Positions 17,376 to 26,099 of a stretch of 40,251 nucleotides of DNA are shown one piece after another. Each line of letters opens with the position of its first letter. Within the stretch, counting starts at the first letter, position 1. Source of the stretch: Candidatus Omnitrophota bacterium (GTDB taxonomy: Bacteria > Omnitrophota > Omnitrophia > Omnitrophales > Danuiimicrobiaceae); assembly GCA_016177155.1 (NCBI GenBank), contig JACOVU010000105.1, positions 1-40,251 of the forward strand. Direction: 5' to 3'. The position numbers and the translations under genes are program-made. The notes below the pieces were generated by a model that did not search any database, had not been told where the DNA came from, and saw only the letters and a program-made list of their open reading frames with translations.

Positions 17376-17382
17376 GGAATCC

Positions 17383-17784
17383 TCACCAAACCTTACAGAG
17401 AAGCTCGCCGCCCACTTTTTGGGTTCGCGCATCCCGGTCTGTCATCACACCTTTGGACGTCGAAAGAATAGCGATCCCCAAACCGCCCAGTACTCTCGGG
17501 ATTTCCTCAGAGTTAACATACTGACGAATCCCAGGCTTTGAAATGCGAATCAAAGATTGAATGGCCGGCTGTTTCCCTTTCATGTATTTTAAATGAACAC
17601 GGATAAAACGTTTTGGTTTCTCCTCCACCAATTTGAAATTTTCAATAAAGCCATCCCGCTTCAAGATCTCGGCGATTTTGAGTGTCAGTTTTGAACCGGG
17701 AAGGGTAACGTTTGCTTTCCCCGCACGGGCGGCATTGCGAATCTGAGTTAAAAAATCAGCTATTGGATCGGTTGGAACTGCCAT
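17383..17784 (-). CDS. rpsH: 30S ribosomal protein S8
   Basis: 133 aa, DPIADFLTQIRNA... Confidence 0.97.
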   Translation of the reverse strand: MAVPTDPIADFLTQIRNAARAGKANVTLPGSKLTLKIAEILKRDGFIENFKLVEEKPKRFIRVHLKYMKGKQPAIQSLIRISKPGIRQYVNSEEIPRVLGGLGIAILSTSKGVMTDRDARTQKVGGELLCKVW

Positions 17785-17799
17785 TCTTTCTCCTTCACA

Positions 17800-17985
17800 T
17801 TACCAACTTGATTTTGTGACGCCGGGAATCAGGCCTTGACTTGCAAGTTCCCGAAAACAAATCCGGCAAAGCGCAAATCTCCGAATATAACCGCGCGGAC
17901 GTCCGCAGACCTTACAACGGTGATAACCCTGCACCTTAAATTTTGGTTTTCGTTGTTGCTTAACAATTAAACAAGTCTTTGCCAT
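17800..17985 (-). CDS. rpsN: 30S ribosomal protein S14, short zinc-binding (type Z) form
   Basis: [46 protein letters not shown]..., 61 aa. The start is trimmed from the ORF-track position at 18021. Confidence 0.95.
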   Translation of the reverse strand: MAKTCLIVKQQRKPKFKVQGYHRCKVCGRPRGYIRRFALCRICFRELASQGLIPGVTKSSW

Positions 17986-17989
17986 AAGG

Positions 17990-18565
17990 TTACTTTCTAA
18001 ATGGAAACCCAAGCAATTCAAGCAGCCGCTTGGTTTCTTCTTTTCTAGTTGTCGTCGTTACAAATGTGACGTCCATCCCCTGAAGTTTTTTCATCTTGTC
18101 ATATTCCACTTCAGGAAAAATGATCTGTTCTTGAATGCCCAATGAATAATTCGCGCTTGAATCAAAACTCGACACGGGAAAGCCACGGAAGTCGCGAATT
18201 CGAGGCATCGCAACATTAAAGAGACGGTCTAAAAACTCATACATACGGTTTCGACGAAGCGTCACTTTAAGACCGATGGGAGAACCCTCTCTCAACTTAA
18301 AACCTGAGATCGACTTCTTGGCTTTTGTAATCACGGGTCTCTGTCCTGTGATCATCCCGAGCTCATGTGCAAGATGCTCCAAAATCTTAATGTCCTGTCC
18401 GCCTTCTTTAACTCCCATATTGACCACCACTTTTTCAATTCTGGGAACGGCAAGCGCATTCTTATAATGGAACTCCTTCATCATCGCAGGCACTACCTGT
18501 GATCGATAAAGTTCCAAAAACCTTGGAGGTTTTGTTGCCTGAGTTTGAACTGCTGTTTTTACCAT
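17990..18565 (-). CDS. rplE: 50S ribosomal protein L5
   Basis: 191 aa in the canonical position after rplX. Confidence 0.96.
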   Translation of the reverse strand: MVKTAVQTQATKPPRFLELYRSQVVPAMMKEFHYKNALAVPRIEKVVVNMGVKEGGQDIKILEHLAHELGMITGQRPVITKAKKSISGFKLREGSPIGLKVTLRRNRMYEFLDRLFNVAMPRIRDFRGFPVSSFDSSANYSLGIQEQIIFPEVEYDKMKKLQGMDVTFVTTTTRKEETKRLLELLGFPFRK

Positions 18566-18579
18566 GATCTCATTTCCTG

Positions 18580-18888
18580 TTAGATAATTTCGTTACACTT
18601 CTTACAAATACGCTGCTTTGTACCATCGGACAAAAATTGATAGCCCGTACGAGTCACTTTGGAACAGCGAGGGCAAACCAGCTGAACATTGGAAGATTGC
18701 ATTTTGCCTTCCACCTGCGAGATCCCGCCCTTTGGATTCTGCTGGCTTGGGCGAAGATAAACTTTCATGTAATTCAGTCCTTCAATGAGAATACGGCTTT
18801 CTGACGGAAACACACGGAGCACTTTCCCTTTTTTCCCCCGCTCCTTCCCGGTAAGCACCGTAACCATATCCCCTTTTTTAAGTTTCAT
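18580..18888 (-). CDS. rplX: 50S ribosomal protein L24 (C-terminal CxxC...CxxC)
   Basis: MKLKKGDMVTVLTGKERGKKGKVLRV... (KOW motif). The start is trimmed to the ATG at 18886-18888; the ORF-track TTG extension runs through the hairpin element. Confidence 0.94.
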   Translation of the reverse strand: MKLKKGDMVTVLTGKERGKKGKVLRVFPSESRILIEGLNYMKVYLRPSQQNPKGGISQVEGKMQSSNVQLVCPRCSKVTRTGYQFLSDGTKQRICKKCNEII

Positions 18889-18991
18889 CCCCCACCACTT
18901 TCTTATACACTGAATTATAAATATGACGTTTGTTTTCAATTAATGACGCAAGAACCGATATCAAACTTATTTTTAGAAAGTGGTGGGGGAT
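18887..18991 (-). repeat. Stop-to-start bridging hairpin, copy A4 (rplN to rplX)
   Basis: Perfect 17-bp helix, 18887-18903 with 18975-18991. 71-nt AT-rich loop. Confidence 0.8.
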
Positions 18992-18996
18992 CATGA

Positions 18997-19365
18997 TCAA
19001 ACCACCTCTGGCGCAAGCGAAATAATCTTCGCAAAATTGAGATCTCTGAGTTCTCGTGCGACAGGACCAAAAATACGCGTTCCGCGCGGATTTTGCTGAT
19101 TGTCAATAATCACGATGGCATTCGAATTAAACCGCACAAAAGAGCCGTCGGATCTACGAATTGGATTGCGTGTACGCACGACAACGGCCTTGACGACTTC
19201 CCCTTCTTTCACAACCCCATCAGGCGCGGCTTCCTTAATGGAAGCGGTAATGATATCGCCCACCGTCGCAGTTAGTTTCCCGTGGCGTTTCAAAACACCA
19301 ATCATGGCAACCCGTTTTGCACCTGTATTATCCGCAATTTCAAGGATCGAACGTATTTGAATCAT
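18997..19365 (-). CDS. rplN: 50S ribosomal protein L14
   Basis: [19 protein letters not shown]..., 122 aa. Confidence 0.98.
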   Translation of the reverse strand: MIQIRSILEIADNTGAKRVAMIGVLKRHGKLTATVGDIITASIKEAAPDGVVKEGEVVKAVVVRTRNPIRRSDGSFVRFNSNAIVIIDNQQNPRGTRIFGPVARELRDLNFAKIISLAPEVV

Positions 19366-19381
19366 AGGGACTCATCCAGCC

Positions 19382-19636
19382 TTAACTGATCGAACTAATC
19401 ACTTCTACCAATTTCCATCGCTTGCTTTTGGAGATTGGTTTTGTTTCTGCAATACGAACTTTATCGCCGACTTTAGCTAATTTCTTCGCATCATGAACTG
19501 GATACCGCTTCCTCACCCGAATCACCTTTTTATAAGCGGGGTGCTGCACCAGACGTGTGATCTGTACCACAGTGGTCTTGTCCATTTTGCTGCTTAAAAC
19601 GATTCCAACTTGTTCTTTTGGATGACGCTCAGCCAT
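19382..19636 (-). CDS. rpsQ: 30S ribosomal protein S17
   Basis: 84 aa. The ATG overlaps the rpmC 3' end by 8 nt. SD GGAGG lies within the embedded repeat. Confidence 0.95.
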   Translation of the reverse strand: MAERHPKEQVGIVLSSKMDKTTVVQITRLVQHPAYKKVIRVRKRYPVHDAKKLAKVGDKVRIAETKPISKSKRWKLVEVISSIS

Positions 19637-19871
19637 TTTTCTTCCCTCCGGGCCTATCGGCCCGTAGTGCTGGAGGAAGTTCCATTTCTCTTTTTACCGT
19701 AAGTACTTTTGCGAGATCGCGCTTTGTTTTTCGCAATTTGGAAAGGTCTTCCAGTTTTGCCAGTTTTGCATCAAAACGAAGTTGAAAGAGCTCTTTCTTG
19801 AGCGCTTCTGACTTTTCGCTTAACTCATCTACTGAAAGCGACCTCAAATCTTTTGCCTTGAGTGTTGGCAT
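19629..19871 (-). CDS. rpmC: 50S ribosomal protein L29 with a C-terminal PPALRADRPGGKKNG tail
   Basis: 80 aa, LRSLSVDELSEKSEALKKELFQLRF.... Confidence 0.94.
   Translation of the reverse strand: MPTLKAKDLRSLSVDELSEKSEALKKELFQLRFDAKLAKLEDLSKLRKTKRDLAKVLTVKREMELPPALRADRPGGKKNG
19642..19676 (-). repeat. 35-nt hairpin repeat embedded in the rpmC 3' coding end (copy C1)
   Basis: ttccctccgggcctatcggcccgtagtgctggagg is 31/35 identical to 21170-21204. Confidence 0.8.
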
Positions 19872-19872
19872 T

Positions 19873-20289
19873 TTAAACTCCTCCCCGCTTCACAAACCGA
19901 GTACGAAAAGGAAGTTTATGGGCGCATAGGCGCAATGCGGGACGCGCTAAGCTTTCAGGAATGCCTCCCATTTCAAAAAGAACCCGCCCTGGTTTGACCA
20001 CCGCCACATAATATTCGGGTGCACCTTTTCCTTTTCCCATACGCGTTTCCGCCGGCTTCTTCGTATAAGATTTGTCAGGAAATATCCGAAGCCACACCTT
20101 CCCGCCCCGCTTCACGTGCCGCGTCAGCGCAACACGAGCCGCTTCAATTTGGATCGCCGTGAGCCAGCCGTGCCCGACAGCCTTGAGACCAAAATCACCA
20201 AAGTTGATCGCGTTCCCATTGGTTGCAATCCCGCGCCTCTTACCACGATGCTGCTTTCTGAATTTAACTCGTTTCGGCATCAGTGACAT
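19873..20289 (-). CDS. rplP: 50S ribosomal protein L16
   Basis: [20 protein letters not shown]..., 138 aa. Confidence 0.97.
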   Translation of the reverse strand: MSLMPKRVKFRKQHRGKRRGIATNGNAINFGDFGLKAVGHGWLTAIQIEAARVALTRHVKRGGKVWLRIFPDKSYTKKPAETRMGKGKGAPEYYVAVVKPGRVLFEMGGIPESLARPALRLCAHKLPFRTRFVKRGGV

Positions 20290-20299
20290 AAATCAATCC

Positions 20300-21124
20300 T
20301 TAAACTCCTTCGCTCGGTTTTGCCACAGTCGTCTCACTCGCCTGAGACTCTGATCCTGCCTGTATCTGGGGCGGAGCAGGAGTAGAAGCGGTTTCTTTCT
20401 CCTTGGACTCTTTATGACTTTCTTTGCTCGGCTTGATGGATGCCATCAATTTTTCTTGCTCCAATTCTCTCTCCTTGGCCCGTTTCACTTCTTCTTTCTT
20501 GACCAAAATGTCGCCATGGTAAATCCAAACCTTTACGCCAATCGTCCCATAGGTTGTGAACGCTTCAGCAAATCCATAAGTCACATCCGCGCGGAACGTG
20601 CTCAAGGGAACTTTGCCTTCCTTATAACCCTCTCCTCGTGCGATCTCAGTACCGCCCAAGCGGCCTTTGCACTGAATTTTGATTCCCAGCCCGCCCTTTG
20701 CGAGCGAACTTGAAACCGCTTTCTTCATCGCCTTTCTAAATGCGACGCGTTTTTCGAGTTGCAACGCTACATTTTCGGCAACCAATTGAGCATTCGTTTG
20801 AGGAACCTCCACCTCTTTAATGTCCAAGTACACTTCACTTGAGGTCAGATTGGAAACTTCATCCCGAATTCGGTTAATTTCCTGACCCCCGCGGCCAATA
20901 ATCAAACCTGGGCGAGCCGTATAAATCCAAATTCGAATTTTCCCTGTGGAACGCTCAATTAAAACATCTGCAACGCCAGCCATTCGGAGTTTCTCCTTGA
21001 GAAACTTACGAATTTTAAGGTCTTCATGAAGAAGACGGCTGAAATCCTTCCGGGCAAACCACTTTGCTTTCCAATCCCTGATGTAACCAAGCCTCAATCC
21101 ATATGGATGTGTTTTTTGACCCAC
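20300..21124 (-). CDS. rpsC: 30S ribosomal protein S3 with a ~60-aa charged C-terminal extension
   Basis: GTG start with TAGGAG upstream. MGQKTHPYGLRLGYIRDWKAKWF.... Confidence 0.96.
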   Translation of the reverse strand: MGQKTHPYGLRLGYIRDWKAKWFARKDFSRLLHEDLKIRKFLKEKLRMAGVADVLIERSTGKIRIWIYTARPGLIIGRGGQEINRIRDEVSNLTSSEVYLDIKEVEVPQTNAQLVAENVALQLEKRVAFRKAMKKAVSSSLAKGGLGIKIQCKGRLGGTEIARGEGYKEGKVPLSTFRADVTYGFAEAFTTYGTIGVKVWIYHGDILVKKEEVKRAKERELEQEKLMASIKPSKESHKESKEKETASTPAPPQIQAGSESQASETTVAKPSEGV

Positions 21125-21132
21125 GACAACTC

Positions 21133-21606
21133 CTATTTAGCTCCCGCGCCTACCGCTTGCTTTTCTTTTTTCCCTCCGGGCTTATCAGCCCGTAGGGCCG
21201 GAGGCTTTCCAAATATTTTCTTGCTCTTCGTTTTTGTCTCTTGCGTATCGGTTTTGGCGGCCGAAACAGGCAATTCCTTTTCGCCCAAAACAACGGTTAG
21301 ATGAGACATTCGTTTTAAAATCACATCGGCTCGGCCCATCGAACGCGGCATATAACGTTTGAGGGACGGCCCGCCATCGGCCTTAATTTCTCGAATGAAA
21401 AGACGATTCTCATCCATTTTTTTCACCTTGGCATTTGCCTGAGCACTCTTAAGCGTCTTGGCCACAAGCTTTGCGCCCTTTTGTTTGAGCGTAGACAAAA
21501 CGGCAAAGGCGGTGGTGACAGGCTTATACCGTACGGTGTCAATCACCAGCCTCAATTTCCGAGGTGAGACTCTTAAATATCGTGTAATAGCTTTTGCTTC
21601 CATCAT
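21133..21606 (-). CDS. rplV: 50S ribosomal protein L22 with a ~45-aa C-terminal extension that contains PPALRADKPGGKK
   Basis: MMEAKAITRYLRVSPRKLRLVIDTVR.... Confidence 0.95.
   Translation of the reverse strand: MMEAKAITRYLRVSPRKLRLVIDTVRYKPVTTAFAVLSTLKQKGAKLVAKTLKSAQANAKVKKMDENRLFIREIKADGGPSLKRYMPRSMGRADVILKRMSHLTVVLGEKELPVSAAKTDTQETKTKSKKIFGKPPALRADKPGGKKEKQAVGAGAK
21170..21204 (-). repeat. 35-nt hairpin repeat embedded in the rplV 3' coding end (copy C2)
   Basis: ttccctccgggcttatcagcccgtagggccggagg. Two of the four differences from C1 are compensatory within the inner stem (GGGCC/GGCCC versus GGGCT/AGCCC). Confidence 0.8.
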
Positions 21607-21614
21607 GAGTTGTA

Positions 21615-21914
21615 TTAAGTCTTCGCTTGGGCAGCAAGCGCTTTTGCCTTATCTTGTGCCGAGCTGTGTTTCTTAAAGGTCCGAGTCGGTGAAAATTCGC
21701 CCAGTTTGTGCCCAACCATATTTTCCGTTACAAACACGTTGTGAAAGACCTTTCCATTATGAACGGCGAGGGTGGCACCTACAAAATCGGGTGTGATCGT
21801 TGAACGTCTCGACCAAGTTTTAATGGGTTTCCGATCGCGCGTTTTCTGAGCCACTTGAACTTTGATCAAAAGATGCTCGTCCACAAACGCACCTTTCTGA
21901 GATGAACGACCCAC
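21615..21914 (-). CDS. rpsS: 30S ribosomal protein S19
   Basis: GTG start with AGGAGGG upstream. [10 protein letters not shown]...VHNGK.F.... Confidence 0.96.
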   Translation of the reverse strand: MGRSSQKGAFVDEHLLIKVQVAQKTRDRKPIKTWSRRSTITPDFVGATLAVHNGKVFHNVFVTENMVGHKLGEFSPTRTFKKHSSAQDKAKALAAQAKT

Positions 21915-21916
21915 GT

Positions 21917-22744
21917 TTACACCCTCCTATCCTTCACAATATAACGATTCGAAGTTTTGTTCCGCTTTCTCGTTTTAAGACCCTTGCTGAGCTGTCCCCA
22001 CGGACTGCAAGGATGGCGGCCACCTGATGTTTTGCCTTCACCGCCGCCAAGCGGATGATCCACTGGATTCATGGCAACGCCACGCGTCGTCGGACGAACG
22101 CCAAGCCAACGCTTACGACCTGCCTTACCATACGAAATATTTTCATGATCAATATTAGAACACTGGCCTATGGTGGCATAGGCATCCAGCTTCACCATTC
22201 GAATCTCGCCTGACGGAAGTTTAATATGGGCATACTCATTTTCCTTGGCCATAATTCGCGCGAGCGCTCCCGCTGAGCGGACCAATTTTCCGCCGCGGCC
22301 AGGCTCAAGTTCAATGTTGTGCACCGGAGTGCCTTCCGGAATGTTTCGAAGCGGCAGATGATTGCCCACTTTTGCTTCCGCATTCAAACCACTTGCCACT
22401 CGCTCTCCTACTTTCAGCCCATCGGGAGCTAAAATATAGGCTTTTTCCCCATCCTGATATTCGATCAAGGCAATCCGCGCAGTTCGATTGGGATCATATT
22501 CGATGGTGAGAACGGTAGCTTCGACATCGTGTTTCGCACGGTTAAAATCAATCAAACGCAAACGGCGCTTGTGACCGCCGCCCTTATGGTAGGTAGTGAT
22601 ATGTCCGTACAAATTTCGTCCGCCCGTGCGCTTCTTAATTTCCGTAAGCGGCTTATAGGGCTCGGTAGCGGTAATCTCCAAGAAATCATATCCGCTTCCA
22701 AAACGTCTGGTCGGTGTTGTGGGTTTAAATTTAATGAGCGCCAT
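21917..22744 (-). CDS. rplB: 50S ribosomal protein L2
   Basis: 275 aa, [15 protein letters not shown]...GGGEGK. Confidence 0.98.
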   Translation of the reverse strand: MALIKFKPTTPTRRFGSGYDFLEITATEPYKPLTEIKKRTGGRNLYGHITTYHKGGGHKRRLRLIDFNRAKHDVEATVLTIEYDPNRTARIALIEYQDGEKAYILAPDGLKVGERVASGLNAEAKVGNHLPLRNIPEGTPVHNIELEPGRGGKLVRSAGALARIMAKENEYAHIKLPSGEIRMVKLDAYATIGQCSNIDHENISYGKAGRKRWLGVRPTTRGVAMNPVDHPLGGGEGKTSGGRHPCSPWGQLSKGLKTRKRNKTSNRYIVKDRRV

Positions 22745-22754
22745 GGTAATAACC

Positions 22755-23030
22755 TTACGTTAATTCAATCTTGTGGCCTTCTTTTAAAGTCACGATGGCT
22801 TTTTTCCAATCGGGAGTTTGTCCGGGCTGATACCGCACCCGTTTCCATTTCCCGCCGGTCACCATCGTATTGACTTTGGCCACTTTCACGTTAAAAATCC
22901 GTTCGACCGCCTCTCGAATTTCATGCTTCTGGGCGTGGGGGTGAACTCGGAAAAAGTATTTATGCGCTTTCTCCTGCTTTGTCCCCTTTTCGGTCACGAG
23001 TGGTTCTTGAAGCACATCATAAAGATTCAT
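22755..23030 (-). CDS. rplW: 50S ribosomal protein L23
   Basis: [16 protein letters not shown].... The ATG at 23028-23030 is preferred over the ORF-track GTG at 23039, which lies inside the hairpin arm. Confidence 0.93.
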   Translation of the reverse strand: MNLYDVLQEPLVTEKGTKQEKAHKYFFRVHPHAQKHEIREAVERIFNVKVAKVNTMVTGGKWKRVRYQPGQTPDWKKAIVTLKEGHKIELT

Positions 23031-23119
23031 CCCAACCACCTGTTTTGCTGCCGCAGGCAGATTTTTTTACAAACTTCAGAAAAAAATTGGCCCTTTGGGC
23101 CAAAAGCAGGTGGTGGGAT
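23029..23119 (-). repeat. Stop-to-start bridging hairpin, copy A5 (rplD to rplW), variant arms
   Basis: 23029-23047 pairs with 23101-23119, with two single-nt bulges. Sense strand: TGA-TCCCACCACCTGCTTTTG ... CAAAACAGGTGGTTGGG-ATG. Confidence 0.7.
23080..23103 (-). terminator. Intrinsic-terminator-like hairpin inside copy A5, between rplD and rplW
   Basis: The sense strand reads TTGGCCC-AAA-GGGCCAA followed by TTTTTTT. The mirror-image hairpin ctgcc-gca-ggcag plus a T7 run at 23048-23068 reads as a terminator on the plus strand. Confidence 0.4.
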
Positions 23120-23784
23120 CACGATTTCACTCCTTGAGCCACAAGCTCGGGTACAAGCAAAGCCCGCTTTTCCAAAATCGGAACGGCTTTGGTTTCAATC
23201 AAAAGTTTTCTGCGTCTTTGAATATGATAAGCATTAACATCTCGCGCGAGCCGAATAGAAAATAGTTCTTTTACGTTGCGAGATGCCCGCTTCAGATTTT
23301 CATCGAGCGACTCTACAATAAAGAGCGTTCTTGAGTCTTTGAGCCCAAGCGCTTCAATGACCCCAATCAATTCCTTGGTTTTCGCCTGTTTCAAGTTGGC
23401 ATCTTCTAAAAGAAGAAGGTCGTTCTCCTGATTCTTAAGACTTAAAGCAGAAACCAAAGCGGCCTGCCTCATGCTGCTCGGAAGATCCGTATCGTAATCT
23501 CTGGGATGGGGGCCAAAGGTTGTACCGCCGCCTCTCCAAATGGGAGAACGCCTTGAGGAATGGCGTGCACGTCCCGTGCCCTTTTGTTTCCAAGGTTTTT
23601 TCCCGCCGCCGCGCACCTCGGCGCGTTCCTTCGTGTCATGCGTTCCACGCCTTTGATTGCCGGCATAAGCGGTCAAAACGAGTTGAAGCAAACGCTGGTT
23701 CACAGGAGCTTGGAACACCGAATCATTCAGCTCCATTTCTCCGGCTTTTTTACCATCCTTTTGATAAATAATTGATTTCGCCAT
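23119..23784 (-). CDS. rplD: 50S ribosomal protein L4
   Basis: 221 aa, ...KPWKQKGTGRARHSSRRSPIWRGGGTTFGP.... Confidence 0.97.
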   Translation of the reverse strand: MAKSIIYQKDGKKAGEMELNDSVFQAPVNQRLLQLVLTAYAGNQRRGTHDTKERAEVRGGGKKPWKQKGTGRARHSSRRSPIWRGGGTTFGPHPRDYDTDLPSSMRQAALVSALSLKNQENDLLLLEDANLKQAKTKELIGVIEALGLKDSRTLFIVESLDENLKRASRNVKELFSIRLARDVNAYHIQRRRKLLIETKAVPILEKRALLVPELVAQGVKS

Positions 23785-23798
23785 AACAAACCTGATGC

Positions 23799-24575
23799 CT
23801 ACTTTTTCTCTGCGGGTTGAGCACCAGCAGCAGCGGGTTTCTTTTTGGCCGCTTCTGCCGTCTTTTTCGCTTTGGTCATCGGGATTTTCTTTTCAGGCAT
23901 CTTAACTTCATCCATGGGCTCACCCGGGAATTTCCATTTGCGCGGGCGTTTCTTTTTAATCGCTTCGCGAACAATCACATACCCATTTTCAGACCCTGGT
24001 ACTGCGCCTCGCACGGCCATAAGATGATGCTCAATGTCTATTTTTTCAACGATCAGATTCTGAACCGTTGCACGCATATTCCCCATCTGGCCTGGCATTC
24101 TCATTCCTTTGACCACACGCGATGGAAATGAAGAAGCGCCGATCGATCCTGCTACGCGTCCAAACATTGATCCGTGACCTGCTCCCCCACCTTTAAAATG
24201 ATGCCGCTTCACCACCCCTTGAAATCCTTTTCCGATCGAAGTCCCAATGACATCCACCACATCTCCCGCCGAAAAATTATTCACATGAAGCTCTTTGCCA
24301 GCCTCGAGACCTTCGATATTCTCGGTTCGAATCTCACGAATAAAACGTACAGGTTTTGCATTCCCCTTCTTAAAATGACCTAGTTCAGCACGATTAGCGC
24401 GCGATTCCTTCTTCTGATCAAAACCAAGCTGAACCGCCTGGTAACCATCGGTTTCTTTCTTTTTCACTTGAAGAATTGCACAAGGACCGACCTCAAGCAC
24501 GGTCACAGGCATACGATGTCCGCGCTGGTTGAATATTTGAGTCATGCCCACTTTTTTCCCAAGTAAACCAATCAT
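23799..24575 (-). CDS. rplC: 50S ribosomal protein L3 with a ~45-aa K/A-rich C-terminal extension
   Basis: MIGLLGKKVGMTQIF.... Confidence 0.97.
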   Translation of the reverse strand: MIGLLGKKVGMTQIFNQRGHRMPVTVLEVGPCAILQVKKKETDGYQAVQLGFDQKKESRANRAELGHFKKGNAKPVRFIREIRTENIEGLEAGKELHVNNFSAGDVVDVIGTSIGKGFQGVVKRHHFKGGGAGHGSMFGRVAGSIGASSFPSRVVKGMRMPGQMGNMRATVQNLIVEKIDIEHHLMAVRGAVPGSENGYVIVREAIKKKRPRKWKFPGEPMDEVKMPEKKIPMTKAKKTAEAAKKKPAAAGAQPAEKK

Positions 24576-24584
24576 CGTTTAGTC

Positions 24585-24893
24585 CTATAATTTAATTTCA
24601 ACGTCGACGCCTGCGGGAAGCGCCAATTTCATAAGTGCATCTACCGTTCGAGCAGTCGGTTCTGTAATTTCGAGAAGCCTCTTATGGGTTCTCATTTCAA
24701 ATTGTTCGCGTGCCTTTTTATCAATCGTAGGGCCTTTGAGTACAGTCGTCTTCCACGTATCCGTTGGAAGTGGAATCGGACCAACGACATGAGCGCCGGT
24801 CATTTTTACCGTGTTCACAATCTCGTGAATGGATTGATCCAGAATCCTATGATCGTAAGCTCTTAATTTGATTCGTACTTTTTCTTTAACCAT
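24585..24893 (-). CDS. rpsJ: 30S ribosomal protein S10
   Basis: 102 aa, [17 protein letters not shown].... The ATG overlaps the tuf stop by 1 nt (TAATG). Confidence 0.98.
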   Translation of the reverse strand: MVKEKVRIKLRAYDHRILDQSIHEIVNTVKMTGAHVVGPIPLPTDTWKTTVLKGPTIDKKAREQFEMRTHKRLLEITEPTARTVDALMKLALPAGVDVEIKL

Positions 24894-26086
24894 TATTGCA
24901 ATATCTCCGTCACCACTCCCGCCCCGACCGTCTTGCCGCCTTCACGGATCGCGAAGCGCAGGTCTTTTTCCATGGCCACCGGGGTAATCAGTTCAACTTC
25001 GATGGCGACATTATCCCCCGGCATGACCATTTCCACCCCTTTGGGAAGGGTGGCCACTCCGGTGACGTCGGTGGTTCTAAAATAGAATTGGGGTCGGTAA
25101 CCCGTGAAGAAGGCCGTGTGGCGTCCCCCTTCTTCTTTGGTCAGGATATAGGCTTGACCTTTGAATTTCGTGTGGGGGGTGACCGAATTGGGTTTCGCTA
25201 CCACCATCCCGCGTTCCAGATCCTTCTTTTCAATGCCTCTTAAGAGGAGACCCACATTGTCCCCCGCTTGGGCGTCATCTAAGAGCTTGCGAAACATTTC
25301 AATTCCGGTGACGGTGGTTTTGGTGGATTTGGGTCTTAAGCCTACCACTTCAACTTCATCGTTCACTTTAATCTGACCGCGTTCGACGCGTCCCGTCCCC
25401 ACGGTGCCGCGACCTGAGATCGAGAAGACGTCTTCCACGGGCATCAGGAAGGGCTTCTCGGTATCCCGTTTGGGGGTCGGAATATAGGAGTCAATGGCCT
25501 CCATGAGTTTTGAAATCGGCTCTTGGGCTTTCGCGTCCTCTGGGTGTTCCATGGCTTTTAAGGCTGAGCCACGGATCACGGGAATTTCATCGCCTGGGAA
25601 TTCATATTTTTTAAGGAGGTCACGGACTTCAAGTTCCACTAGATCTAAGAGCTCGGGGTCATCCACCGCATCACATTTATTTAAGAAGACAACGATTTTC
25701 GGGACACCCACTTGACGAGCAAGCAGAATGTGCTCCCGGGTTTGAGGCATGGGGCCGTCGGCGGCTGAGACCACGAGGATCGCTCCATCCATTTGGGCAG
25801 CCCCCGTGATCATGTTCTTGATGTAGTCGGCATGACCCGGGCAGTCCACATGGGCATAATGGCGCTTATCCGTTTGATATTCGACATGGGCGACTGCGAT
25901 CGTAATCCCGCGTTCCTTTTCTTCCGGAGCATTATCAATCGAGTCAAAGGCACGGGCTTCGGCCATTCCCTTCTTCGCGAGCACTAAGGTGATGGCGCTC
26001 GTTAGCGTGGTTTTGCCGTGATCAACGTGTCCAATGGTTCCCACGTTCACATGGGGCTTGGTGCGCTCAAATTTTTCTTTGGCCAT
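24893..26086 (-). CDS. tuf: Elongation factor Tu
   Basis: [28 protein letters not shown].... The start is trimmed to the ATG at 26086. The gene is clearly GC-richer than its neighbours. Confidence 0.98.
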   Translation of the reverse strand: MAKEKFERTKPHVNVGTIGHVDHGKTTLTSAITLVLAKKGMAEARAFDSIDNAPEEKERGITIAVAHVEYQTDKRHYAHVDCPGHADYIKNMITGAAQMDGAILVVSAADGPMPQTREHILLARQVGVPKIVVFLNKCDAVDDPELLDLVELEVRDLLKKYEFPGDEIPVIRGSALKAMEHPEDAKAQEPISKLMEAIDSYIPTPKRDTEKPFLMPVEDVFSISGRGTVGTGRVERGQIKVNDEVEVVGLRPKSTKTTVTGIEMFRKLLDDAQAGDNVGLLLRGIEKKDLERGMVVAKPNSVTPHTKFKGQAYILTKEEGGRHTAFFTGYRPQFYFRTTDVTGVATLPKGVEMVMPGDNVAIEVELITPVAMEKDLRFAIREGGKTVGAGVVTEILQ

Positions 26087-26099
26087 GAATGGGTCTCCT

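Noticed and set aside
18904-18974. Possible internal promoter in the A4 loop (perfect TATAAT on the sense strand)
   Set aside because: The best -35-like hexamer (TTGAAA) is only 14 nt away. In an AT-rich loop, a chance TATAAT is expected. It is kept only as a testable idea.
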